Below are positions 51,445 to 62,864 of a DNA stretch of 64,000 nucleotides, piece after piece. Source of the DNA: Macrostomum lignano (taxonomy: Eukaryota); assembly GCA_002269645.1 (NCBI GenBank), contig NIVC01001430.1:1-64000 (forward strand), written 5' to 3'. Under the pieces are notes generated by a model that searched no databases, was not told the origin of the DNA, and saw only the letters and a list, made by a program, of their open reading frames with translations. The position numbers were made by a program, and so were the translations under genes. How positions within the stretch are numbered: the stretch's first letter is position 1; the number at the start of each line of letters is the position of its first letter.

Positions 51445-51700
51445 TAACAACAACAACTGCGACAGAAAAAATGACAACAAAATGGCGCAACATGACAATA
51501 ATGACAACAACAATGACAACAATGACAGCAATGACAACAATGACAGCAACAATGACAGCAATGACAAAAAGACAATCAAAATGACAACAACGGCAACAAA
51601 AAATGACAACAACCACGACAACAACAATGATAACAATGGCAACAACAACGACAACAACAACGACAACAAAAGTGGCAACAACAATGACAAAAATGACAAT
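51445..51700. repeat. (CAA/ACAATG)n low-complexity tract
   Basis: Direct. Confidence 0.85.
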
Positions 51701-52306
51701 ATTACGAGAGGTATGACAAAAAATAAAAGTAAACATTTTTCCGAAACAAATCATGTAACAGAGCCGCATGAAATATGTTAATAACCAATGCAAACTTTTT
51801 CACAAGCAGTTGTTTGTTTGTATAAATCGTTACAACATGCAGTAACTATTTTTGTATGAAAACTTTAAAAAAATACCAACTGTTTACTTGTACAGTGTAG
51901 AAAATAATTGAAATGCCAATTCGTTTCCCAGCTGATCACTTTGCTATGACTCTTAGATCGCTACTTTTAGTAGACAGACAAGTGAATGTAGGAAAATAAA
52001 AAAAAATGGTGATTAAAAAGCGACAGTAAAAAAAACGATTGCGTAAGCAGAAATATAGTAAAATGATCCATTGGATAAAAAATACAACTGTATAAAGCGA
52101 TCGCGAGTGAGAACAAATTTTAGTTCAGGCACATGAATCCAGAACGAATGCCCTGAATAGCAACCGCATTACATGTACTTTCAAGTACAATAAATAAGGT
52201 TGTATTTTTTTCCAACGCGACAGAACATCGCTAAAAAAGAGGACAGTCAGAAACGGACAGAGAAATGTGACTGGAAGTGCGCAGTCGCAGAAACAGTGCC
52301 GGCATG

Positions 52307-52677
52307 CAGGGGCATCGCCATGGAGTTTATAGTGGATGGGGGACAAAGCTAGGAGTTCCACATGCGCATTATTGTCAGAATCGGCGCCGCAGGCACTCAT
52401 TTTAGCGCCGCAGGCACTCGTTTAGGCGCCGCAGGCACTCATTTTAGCGCCGCAGGCACTCGTTTTAGCGCCGCGGGCACTCATTTTAGCGCCGCAGGCA
52501 CTCATTTTAGCGCCTCAGGCAATATGCTTTATTGCCCGGAAGCAAAATTATTGATTTCCATAACGAGTCACAAGGTGGGTTGGGGGGACAAAGCATTGGC
52601 ATGTCCCCCCGTAGCTTGTACTGGGTGGCGGGACATGACCCCCCTGTCCCCCCCCCCCCGCGGTGGCTCCGCCCCTG
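52307..52677. mobile_element. hAT-type MITE carrying an internal 21-bp tandem repeat
   Basis: Ends CAGGGGCATCGCCA and TGGCTCCGCCCCTG (imperfect TIR); flanks CCGGCATG and CCAGAATG are a 6/8 match to an 8-bp TSD; repeat cgccgcaggcactcattttag x6 at 52383-52520. Confidence 0.5.
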
Positions 52678-52799
52678 CCAGAATGTTACTAATAACCAAG
52701 TACTAACCGTGACCATTTCTGCTTAACCTTCACAAAGCCAATTTTTTCATCAATGCGAATCGAATATCCGGGTTGCTTATAGTCTCTGCAGATGAACAC

Positions 52800-55351
52800 C
52801 CCAGTGAAAAAAAGTATATGGATTCCATGTGGATTTTTCATATGAAATCCATATGTGCATTTGTCTCCGTCCATCCATGTGGAATTGAGATATGGATTCC
52901 ACATGGAAGATCCACATGGAAGTAATTATGTATTTCACATAGAATCCACATTGTCATTGAGTAAACAGCCATTATACTGGTTGCCATAATAAATTGTTGC
53001 ATCCTAAATCTCAAAATAATATCAGATCTCAAAACTTCATATGAACCCCAGATCTCAATACCATATAAAAGAAACTGAAACACAGATAAAAACACTAGCT
53101 ATAGCGAAAAAATATTTCTGCACAAAAATATATTCAAAAAGGATGTCTCAATAAGTAAGGTGTATTTATATACAGTAGTGAGTCACTGGCACACAAAGAA
53201 TAAACACACAGATATAGATATTGATATCTTTAAAGTTGCGCTGCGCATATGATATAATATATAATTTGAAATTGACATTGTCAATAGCATTAATTAATTA
53301 ACAATAATATAATGCACCAGAATTAGAACAGTCAGAAACATGCTGCTGCCAATTGCCAGAATGCTGCTTCTTCAGGTCAGGTGAGAAACCTTAGAAAAGA
53401 AAGGGGTTAAATTACAGAATTTTATAACAGATTGATGATAGATTTTGTAATAGATTTTGATAGATTTTGATCTTATAACAGATTTTGATAACAGAAAAAA
53501 ATCAGTTTATAACTAAAACTTACCATTGCTTCACAAAAGGTAGCATTCTAGATATTATATTCAAATTCCAAGTAGCTTTGCATGCTTCTTCAAAGGAAAG
53601 ACCAAGGTGACATCCAAGTTTGAGGATGGGCCATGTAATGTTAGGCTGAAATGAAATAGAAAAATAATTGTTGCCAATTAAGATTGATAGATTATATTGA
53701 TATAATTCATAAAACTAATTTAAGGATGAATACTTAATAAAGTTTATTTTAAAATTAACTAGGCCTAAGTTCTAGGTTTATTTTTTTAAGCGCAAAGTGT
53801 GCATATGCGCCTTAAATTTTAAAATTGCACCTTGAAAATTGAAATTAAAAAGTAGATACAGTTTAGGTGCGATTTCATTACCTATTTTTCTGTTGAAGCC
53901 TTATTTGCACTGCCTTTATATAAGAAAAAAGAGAAATTGCATTCTAAGCCTTAAAATCATAAAACCCTGAAAGTGAGCATAGGATATAATTTTGCACTTT
54001 GTCTCTAGCAAAAAAGAAAACCCTACCTAAGTCAATCAATAAACCAATAAAATAATAAATACAAAAATAATTAATATTCCTATGTTTCTATAAATTTAAT
54101 TTTTTATTTTAAAATTGATTTTAAACTATAAAGTATTTAGGCAAAGCAATGCATGTTTTTTTATATTTGCTGGCCTAGTATGATTTAACATTAGGCCTAA
54201 GCCTAAATAGCTATGCCCTATGCCTATGGCTATTAAATTCTGGACTTGGCCTAAATCAGATCAAATTTACAATAATCATTATTTATTTATAATAGCAACC
54301 TTAGGGATCTGCTAGGCTAGCTATGCCAAAAGCAAGTTGCAAGTGTAAATGCAGAATTATTTATTATAATTAATAATACTGTTTTTAAAAATGCAACAAG
54401 TCCAAAAGATGCTAATAGGCTTTTTTGAAGAAAATCATAAATTAATAGATTTTTAACAGATTAACTAGATTGACTAGTCACAATTCACAAAGTCAAGCTA
54501 GTCCCAACTCCCAACCTTAATTAAAATAGAAGGACCTAAATTGATAGTTATAGGCCTAGCTTAAAATAGGCCTAATAAGCATACATATAAATAGATAGGT
54601 AGAACTAAGAGGAAATTATGAACTTCTAAAGGCCTATTTAAGTTAAAAAATGAGTAGCCAATCTATGGACATGGCCATGGGATTCCTAGAAATTGGATAG
54701 GGCCTAGGCCTAAATAAATTTATCATGGATTTTACCAAAAGTATTAGGCCTATCTATGATAAAATACTGATTTATCTAATTTCTAATCCCATGGAGGCCA
54801 TGGCCTTATACTCGTAAGTTATTGCCTATAGGCTAGGTCTACTAAAATTTTTAAGGTGCTTAAATAGCCATAAACAAGGCACTTTATCTTTCAAGGCCTT
54901 GGACCAAGACATTGACGAATATAAAATAAAATTAATTTAATTTTAAAACGTACGAAACGTTTTTTATTGTTAACTTCTATTTTGTCTATTTTAACAAACA
55001 GTGTCTTATTTTCCGATTATAATTTAGCTTTTAGATAATAATTTTTACTTAAAAGCATATAAATATAATAATTAATTTTAGTAATTTCATAAAAACGTCT
55101 AAATAAGGTGTATCACAGTTTTTTATCGAAGTGGATTCCATGTTGAATCAATATACGCTTATTTCTCATGAATTCCTTGTAAAATCCACATCAACATTAG
55201 GACAGTAAAAATAAAAAAATAATGCATAAAAAATACTTTGCATACCATTATGTCATCTTTAAGTCATTAATTTGCAAAAATTAAAGAAACATTTAAATTC
55301 CACATGGCCACGTGGAACCCACGTGGAATCCATGAATCATTTTTCACTGGG
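52800..55351. mobile_element. Non-autonomous CMC/EnSpm(CACTA)-like DNA transposon, 2552 bp
   Basis: TIRs CCCAGTGAAAAA...ATGGATTCCA(T/C)GTGG at both ends; 2-bp TSD AC (52798-52799 and 55352-55353); clustered subterminal TTCCACATGG/CCACGTGG motifs at both ends; AT-rich non-coding interior. Confidence 0.8.
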
Positions 55352-55589
55352 ACCCTCGGGTGGTATTTCATTGGAATTAACCTGCCGAGCCTCGCAGTCG
55401 ATGCTAAACGCTTCCATGAAAGCTGGCAGGCGATGCTTTTTCCACTGCGATAGAAAATAGCCAATTGTGCTGCCCAGCACTATTGATAGTAGGACGGCGG
55501 CATTGTATGACATTGCACAATACATCAGCAGGGCTGATAGGGAGACGCGAATTAATTGCAGAAGTGAATCGGCAGCCAGATAGATTAGT
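55337..55589 (-). CDS. Ctr/SLC31 copper-transporter-like gene, last exon (TM2-TM3)
   Basis: LLQLIRVSLSALLMYCAMSYNAAVLLSIVLGSTIGYFL contains the Ctr signatures MxxxM and GxxxG at the usual spacing; acceptor ccttgtcccacag|A; the stop lies inside a transposon TIR. Confidence 0.75.
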
Positions 55590-55676
55590 CTGTGGGACAA
55601 GGATTGTAAGACATCTATTTAGTATGATAATACACATACACGCAATGTAATTAAAAAATCCAAATCATCTATGTAC

Positions 55677-55850
55677 CTGAGTTTTCCTGTCAAAATAATT
55701 TGATTGCCAGCAATGACAACAGAGTCAACTGCAAAGCCACTTTTGCATATGCGAGAAAGAGCATACACCAGTAAAAACTTTTGAGAAGACATAAGCCATT
55801 GGTTAAGTGCTGAAGCCACAGCAAACACTATAGTAATATTGTGCAGAAAA
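55677..55850 (-). CDS. Ctr/SLC31 copper-transporter-like gene, penultimate exon (TM1 region); 5' boundary uncertain
   Basis: Hydrophobic open frame ending AG|GTACAT (phase 2), compatible with the acceptor at 55590. Acceptor could be at 55851 or 55828; a possible upstream exon lies near 56490-56530. Confidence 0.5.
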
Positions 55851-56203
55851 CTAAAATAAAAAATACTTTATTTTAATTAAAAATGTATTTACTTTGAAAT
55901 GCAAACTTAAAAAAAGGCAAAAATGCATATCTTACCTAATGCTGATTCTGAGTTGAATCCAAAAATTAGAAAATTGTTTAATTTCTTGAAGAACTTCAAA
56001 TACATAACTTTTCTTCTGCCTGCAATAGATATTTAGTTTGTTCAGTTTTCTTTATTTAATTTAGTTTCCAAAATTTAGTTTTGAATTAGAAAAACAAGTT
56101 GAATTAAAGAGGTTGGAAGTGCAATAAAATATGCATAAAAATTGTTTACAAGTGATGAATTAATAACGAGATAAAAATTTAGACGATAAACCAATATACT
56201 TAT

Positions 56204-56383
56204 CATTGGCGTACGCAGGATTTTCCATTGGGGGCCGGGGGACGCCGAAAGACCAGGGGGAGTATCGTGCACCGACAAGTTGCGACAACAAAGTACTTTT
56301 TTGGGGTTCTCTCTGGCTAGTCGCCTCTGAAAAGACCTCCGTCAGTCACCCCCCAGGCAATTGGCCCCCCCCATTGGCCACTG
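56204..56383. mobile_element. hAT-type MITE, 180 bp
   Basis: Ends CATTGGCGTAC and TGGCCACTG; perfect 8-bp TSD ATACTTAT at 56196-56203 and 56384-56391. Confidence 0.75.
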
Positions 56384-58559
56384 ATACTTATAAACTCAAA
56401 TTAAAATTTCATATAAATGCACTTTTGCCTGTCACCTGTGGACTAAATTAGGCAAAATGAAATACTCAAACCTATTTATTTTAACTAACTTCCTTGCAGC
56501 ACTTCAACGATCGCTTTGCTTTTCATATTAATTGTTATGGATACTGAAGAATGAAATATGAAATGAAAACTCAGAAGCGAAAAACCAATAATTTGCAATT
56601 AACTACATGGCTCTCACGTCGGTATTGCACACTGCGCGTAAGATAACGGATTTTCAGTTACAGGCAATATACATCAATTTTTTCTGACCAGCTATTTTAT
56701 AAAGCAACAGCAATTATGCTATTTGGAACCCGTAAAGATTCGTGAGCAAAAAACAAAACATAAACTCTTTTGAGCAATCGAGCTGTCTTGGAAAAAGAGA
56801 AATTTGAAGTACTCGTGTTATTAAATTTTCGCTGTTAACTAGTTTAACAAAAAGTAGTATTTCTACTTGTCTTGCAAAACTTACTTCTACTTTTAAGACT
56901 ATTAAGCTCTTATCTTCAAAATTAGACCTAATAAAAACTCGAATCAGTATCCTATGTGGCTATTTACTTTGATTTTTAGTTCAAAGGTTAATGTTCGATG
57001 ATCATGACTTGACGTGACTACACTAATTACCGAATTCACCCACCAAAAATACACCCCCCTAAATGTTGTAAAAAAATATCGATTGAAAAAATACTTAAAC
57101 TGTCGCGCAGAAGAGCGCAATTCTTGCGCGTCTAATTATACTTATTAATTTGGTCTATGTTTGATGAAAAAAAAATTTTTCTGTTATTATAGGGGGTGTA
57201 ATATAGGGTGTGTCGAATAACTTCTTTATGCAGCTTGCGCATGCCACTTTATTTTCAGCATACATTCTTTAATAAGTAACTCATCTTGCGCGGGGGTTAA
57301 TTTTCTAAACTGCTGCCTGCGCAAGCTAAAATCACTGGTGAAAATGTGCAAGAATAAACAAAATTGGCGTGAATTTAATTTTATCGCACGTTTCTGTTAC
57401 CGTATAGTGAAATGGTGTAGCAAAGCACTGAAGGGACCGTAAAAATATATATTGGCTTATATACTGAACTGAAAATGAACCAAAATAGCATTTAAATACT
57501 CTAAAGAAGTTTACCTTATTCCCCCAAGTGGCCCCAACTCAGGCACGTGGATATGGATAGCCCATAGTGTGGTGTTTTCTTTTTTACAACATCTTGCAAG
57601 TATTTGAGGCTACGCTACGAGTATGGCGTGTCAGATGATATTATTTGTAGCTTTAAGAAGTTTAGAAAGGCGCAAACTGTTTCTTGTATATACTTATGCA
57701 TTCTATAAAATTTGTCATGGACAAAACCTCTTGTATAGGCCTACAATATGGTACGAGCGTAGCCTCATTTGGACATAAAATTTCTATCTCTTAATAATAG
57801 TTAAATGTTAAAATTAGACCTGATTTTTATTTAAAATAAGCTATGAAAATGCAATAGAAGCATGTTCATATATAAAATTTGGTAGATCCAAAGTCTTAAA
57901 TAATGCAACTTTTCAAAGCTAAATATATCTATACAATATATTTGCAAAATGATTTTAGCATTATGTTCCATTTTTCTGAAATTGATCACATATTTACCAA
58001 CGAACTATTTTAGTATATGGATTCTTGTAAAATAAAAGGAACTTAATATATATATATATGAATCGGGTTGTAATATATATACTCGTATATATACCCTCGT
58101 ATACAAATGACTCATATATATATAATGTTAATAATTAGGCCTGATATTATACTTACTAAAAAACAAAGTTGCTTTTAATCCTTATTAATTAGTTAAATAG
58201 GACAATTAGATATAAACTTTTCAAAACTATAAAAAATTGTCAAAACTTCTTGTTATATTATGCTTAACTTTATGTTTTTTGTTCTTATTTAGCAACTTTT
58301 AGCCACTTATTACACAAATTACTAGCTGTTTATTTTATAAATTATCTATTGTCTTTGACTTACTATTCTATAAGAAAACTCTTTTTAAGCTACTGTATAA
58401 AGACTTTGAAGGAAAAGTCTTATCTTGTCTTCAATTCTTCAGAAGTACCCATTTAAGTCTTTATATCTGAATTCCCCCTTTAAGTTCCCAATTTACCTAT
58501 ATAACCTTTAAGAGGTAGTCTTGGCTATTGAATTGTCTATATTCTTAAAGAGGTTTTGT

Positions 58560-59290
58560 ATGTACACATGCCAATACGCTCGTACAGCCGACTCCATGGA
58601 GCGGCGCTGACTTTTGCCATCCTGACAGCGTATTTGTTTGTTGTTGTTGTTGTTGTATGGAGCAGCCAAGTGCATAGCCTCCGATCATGGGTTGCCGAGG
58701 TCCTAGATCTGCTGGATAGTGCCAGAGACCACGAGGCTCACCATCACTGAGCCTTAGCTGTACCAGGTGGCCGCCCTGAAAAAGCTCACTCGTGTTGCAT
58801 TATTCCTGTTCAGCATGGCTCACGACCTTTGGCTGGAGCTCCTGGTTCTGCTCAGCATAGAACTGCTGAGCAATGAGCAGTTGGCGGCCTGCTCGGAAGT
58901 GCCGCCCCTGAGCACCACCCACCGCCAGATCCAACTGGCTATGTAGGCTACTGCATTGCCTTCATAGCCATGGTCAGTGGGACGCTTCTTTGGGCCACTC
59001 TAATGCCAAGCGACCCGACAGGACCCTGTGTCAAGGTCAAGCCCGCACCACCACCCTGCAGGCCACACTGATAGAGAACCTACTGAACATCGGCCTGACC
59101 CCCTTGACTACCACTGAATGTTTCCCCAGCAACAGCCTGCATGTCTCCGCTAGCAGTGGCCAGCTTCATAAATAATAATAATAATAGTGATAATAATAAA
59201 AATAGTGATAATAATAATAGTAATAATAATTATAATAATAATAATAATAATAGTAGTAGTAGCAACAACAATAATAATAATAATATGAGT
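58560..59290 (+). mobile_element. Degraded 3' end of an RTE-like non-LTR retrotransposon with (TAA)n tail
   Basis: Broken frames give LSNEQL..VPPLSTTHRQ.QL..GYC..LLW..GQARTT..LIENL..IGL, resembling the RTE post-RT C-terminus (TNEEL..PPVSTTIRQRRL..GHC..LLW..GRPRTT). Ends in a TAA/TAG microsatellite at about 59170-59290. Confidence 0.5.
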
Positions 59291-59385
59291 ATAGGGTATC
59301 TATCGTAGCAGCACCTGGCCTTCAGACCAAAGAGAGACCTTGGTGCCGGATGAAACCTTACATTTTGGACAACGGCCACTGTGAT

Positions 59386-60035
59386 GCTCAACTATGCCTA
59401 ACTATGCCCAGCCATGCCCAACTATGCCCAGCCATGCCCAGCCATGCCCAACTATGCCCAGCCATGCCCAACTATATCTAGCCATGCCCAACTCTGCCCA
59501 GCCATGCCCAACTATGCCCAACTATGCCCAGCCATGCCCAACTATGCCCAGCCATGCCCAACTATGCCCAGCCATGCCCAACTATGCCCAGCCATGCCCA
59601 ACTATGCCCAACTATGCCCAGCCATGCCCAGCCATGCCCAACTATGCCCAGCCATGCCCAACTATGCCCAACTATGCCCAGCCATGCCCAACTATGCCCA
59701 GCCATGCCCAACTATGCCCAACTATGCCCAGCCATGCCCAACTATATCTAGCCATGCCCAACTCTGCCCAGCCATGCCCAACTATGCCCAGCCATGCCCA
59801 ACTATGCCCAGCCATGCCCAGCCATGCCCAGCCATGCCCAGCCATGCCCAGCCATGCCCAACTATGCCCAGCCATGCCCAGCCATGCCCAGCCATGCCCA
59901 ACTATGCCCAGCCATGCCCAACTATGCCCAGCCATGCCCAGCCATGCCCAGCTATGTCCAACTATATCTAGCCATGCCCAACTCTGCCCAGCCATGCCCA
60001 GCCATGCCCAACTATGCCAAGCCATGCCCAACTAT
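59386..60035. repeat. 10-bp two-variant minisatellite (atgcccaact / atgcccagcc)
   Basis: Direct; lies immediately upstream of the transposase splice acceptor. Confidence 0.95.
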
Positions 60036-60065
60036 AATTCGAGGCACTGCATCTTCTTATTCCAG

Positions 60066-62864
60066 GCTTCGCAGCGGGATAAAGACGTACTTGAAGTAAT
60101 TCAACTACTGAAGGAGTCCATCGACCCAGCAGATTTGACAGATGGAGCTGGTATCAAGAATTCAGAAGCATATCGGAGTATTGTTGAGCAGTTAAGTGTG
60201 CAGCATCCCGGCAAATACGATGAAGCCTCGATAAAGACGATCCGATGTGATTTGCAGCAAAACAGAAGGCAGCTGCTTACTGCTGCGTTGTCTATTTTGT
60301 CATCTTCGGAAGACCAGAGCGTTGTCCCCGAAAGCACGCCTTCGTCGCCTTCTGAAGCTGAAGTTCAACGTTTTGTCGGGACATTTGGGTGTCTCAAAGA
60401 GAAATGGCACGAAGTTAACAATACCATGCAAGAAGTAACTCGGCGAGCGCAGAGAGAGCAATTTAACGGCGTTTTGTTGCGTGAAGTGCAGAACTGCTGG
60501 GTGGAGCACTGCAGCCTCTCAATTGCTCGCAGTTCTTTTGATGGCCCTGAGTCTGCTAAGTACTCATTGAAATGCTCGGCGCGACTGGCTGGCGACCCAA
60601 AACCGTCTTCGTGTCCTGGGCGATGGAAGTTAAAGGTGAAGGGCTGCGAAGTGCGTCTGGAGCAGACCCATAAGCCATTGCAGCACCCCCTTAGACCTAC
60701 AAAGGTTCGAGATGCAGGCTTAAAAGCAAGAGCTGATACTGAGGGAGCTGCCGTACTGCAGGCCTCAGTTGCTGCAACAAATGACGATCTGCGCAACATT
60801 CCATCGCAAAGGATGCTTCAAGGAATTCGCCAGTACAACAAAGAGAAAAAAAAACTGTGCCCAGACATCCCTGTGCATAACTTTCTGTTGAGCGTCAGCA
60901 ATTCGCCGAAACTAAAGGCGTACGTGCATTACTTTGAGTTTGCGGGCGATATTTCGCTTACGGCTATTGGAGCATATCACCCGGAGATGGCTGCAGAGGC
61001 TCTATCTCTTATGAAACAGTTAAAGATGCCAATCAACCTAGTTATCGACTCGACAGGAGCGTCAGTTTGCAGCTGGCCAGGTGGAATGCCACTGAAGCCA
61101 GTATACCATTACGCCTTAGTGATGGCAGCCGAGCAAACTATTGGAATGACCCAAGTTTCTCTATTCGACGTTCTGACTTGTAATCATGATACCGTGCAAT
61201 TGACTAGCATGTTAGCAAAGTGGCTTCAGAAGATAAAGGAACAAAAAATGGGCCACGGCACTGTGAAAATAGCAAAGATTACGACGGATTTTAACTGGCC
61301 GACACTACATGCCCTCATACAGGTCTTCAATGGATTAGGAATTCGCGAATATCTCGATTGGTGCTTTCTGATCGCGCTGCAATCAGAAAATGGACAGAGT
61401 GGAATTCCAAAGTTTATGCAAGCAACTTTGCAGCAGGCACGTCGGCGCACCGCTATTGTTCTTGGTAGAAGTCACATCATCAATGAGGTTCGGAATTGGC
61501 AAGAAGTGCGCAGCGCAAGTCCTCAGGTAAGGACACTGTACCTTCGGGCGTTTGCGCGGATTGTTGCAAGCACCACTTCAGCGGAAGGCCTAGCCAATCT
61601 TCAGAACATGCTGCATGTTCTGCTCGAGCGCGACGCAAGAAGAGCCATGCCGCGAGTCGAAACACTGTTGATTGAGGCGTCTGATGTTGGTGACAACGAG
61701 CCCATGCTAGGCGTTGAAATGAACGCTCCGGAAAACATTATGAGTCGGGAAACGATTCGCTCATCGTCCCGCTTTTTTAGTCAGGCACAACAGATCTTCG
61801 AGCGAATCAATGCAGCTTGCCGCCAAGCAAGTGAATCGCAGCTGCCGATGATCAATGCGTACCTTAACGAAAAATTGGCGCAGAAGGTCGTCAATTTGTA
61901 CGCATACTTTCCGCTCTTCAGTGGCCTCATGATTGACTGCCAACGATTCTTTACTGGACAGAGCACAGTGCAAGAATTCCGCAACAGCGAAGGATCTGTG
62001 GAAGTGTACCACAGAACTGTCAGAAGAGATGTGATGCATGGCCGATCGCAACCGCTATTGGAATTTATATCACTTTTGGAAGAGCACTCTAGAGGCCGCC
62101 TGCAGCATCGGGTGATTACTTCCGCAGCAGTTCACAGCTTCCGACGACGAGAATTGATAGACTTGGATTTCGACGGCGAGAATTCCGAGGAAGACTCCGT
62201 TCCTACATGTATGAACAAAAGACAACGTACAATCGAGTCACCTGTGCCAGAAGCAGAGCAAGGTACAGAGTCGGTATTGACACCGATTCAGCACTCGTTT
62301 GATGACAGTGCAGTTGAAGCTTCAGAAGCTCTCGTTGTAAACAAAAAAGCGAGCCACAGTACCGCTCCGAAGTACTTTCCAGTGGCCAAGTACTTCCGAA
62401 GACATGGGAGAAGAGCTGGTCATCGGAACGTATCAGGAAACGAACAAAGAGGCTGCACGCGAATTGGTACACGTGACGAAAAACGAGAGGGCGACTGTTG
62501 TGGTAGAAGCCGTGGTTACAGAGGACGTGGCCGTAGTAGCAGCGGCAGAAGAGGCCGTATTTGTGATGTCCAATTCGATGGTCTTAGCGACGCCCTAGGT
62601 GGGGACAGATATGACGGCATAGAAGGCATCCATGACGATCGCGATGCTCAAGACGACGAGCAAGTAGCCGGCCATGTCAATATTTCTGAAGACACCCATG
62701 TGGGCGAGGTCGGACATGAAGGCCACGGAAATAATTCTTTGCTTCAAGTGCCTCGGGATCTTTACGACTGCAGCGGCAAGGCACTGGTTGTGCCCGACCT
62801 GCAGGCATGTGTCGAGTCGAGCTCATGGATTTCAGAGCTAGGGCTGAGCACAGCTGACAAGTGA
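60066..62864 (+). CDS. MULE/NOF-type DDE transposase-like protein (main exon)
   Basis: LVIDSTG (D at 61047), ITTDFNWPTLHALIQVFN (D at 61287), LGRSH (CxxH position, 61464-61475) and NSEGSVEVYH (E at 62001). Acceptor ttcttattccag|GCT at 60065. The first ~215 aa of the listed ORF are minisatellite-derived. Confidence 0.7.
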   Translation, partial: ASQRDKDVLEVIQLLKESIDPADLTDGAGIKNSEAYRSIVEQLSVQHPGKYDEASIKTIRCDLQQNRRQLLTAALSILSSSEDQSVVPESTPSSPSEAEVQRFVGTFGCLKEKWHEVNNTMQEVTRRAQREQFNGVLLREVQNCWVEHCSLSIARSSFDGPESAKYSLKCSARLAGDPKPSSCPGRWKLKVKGCEVRLEQTHKPLQHPLRPTKVRDAGLKARADTEGAAVLQASVAATNDDLRNIPSQRMLQGIRQYNKEKKKLCPDIPVHNFLLSVSNSPKLKAYVHYFEFAGDISLTAIGAYHPEMAAEALSLMKQLKMPINLVIDSTGASVCSWPGGMPLKPVYHYALVMAAEQTIGMTQVSLFDVLTCNHDTVQLTSMLAKWLQKIKEQKMGHGTVKIAKITTDFNWPTLHALIQVFNGLGIREYLDWCFLIALQSENGQSGIPKFMQATLQQARRRTAIVLGRSHIINEVRNWQEVRSASPQVRTLYLRAFARIVASTTSAEGLANLQNMLHVLLERDARRAMPRVETLLIEASDVGDNEPMLGVEMNAPENIMSRETIRSSSRFFSQAQQIFERINAACRQASESQLPMINAYLNEKLAQKVVNLYAYFPLFSGLMIDCQRFFTGQSTVQEFRNSEGSVEVYHRTVRRDVMHGRSQPLLEFISLLEEHSRGRLQHRVITSAAVHSFRRRELIDLDFDGENSEEDSVPTCMNKRQRTIESPVPEAEQGTESVLTPIQHSFDDSAVEASEALVVNKKASHSTAPKYFPVAKYFRRHGRRAGHRNVSGNEQRGCTRIGTRDEKREGDCCGRSRGYRGRGRSSSGRRGRICDVQFDGLSDALGGDRYDGIEGIHDDRDAQDDEQVAGHVNISEDTHVGEVGHEGHGNNSLLQVPRDLYDCSGKALVVPDLQACVESSSWISELGLSTADK

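Noticed and set aside
51249-51793. Cys/His- or Asn/Asp-rich ORFs
   Set aside because: CAA-type low-complexity tract; no splice or homology support.
57050-57770. Short inverted repeats (tacaccccct at 57050/57200; gaggctacgct at 57606/57766) as MITE or transposase TIRs
   Set aside because: Only about 10-11 bp, no TSD, and they do not enclose the transposase.
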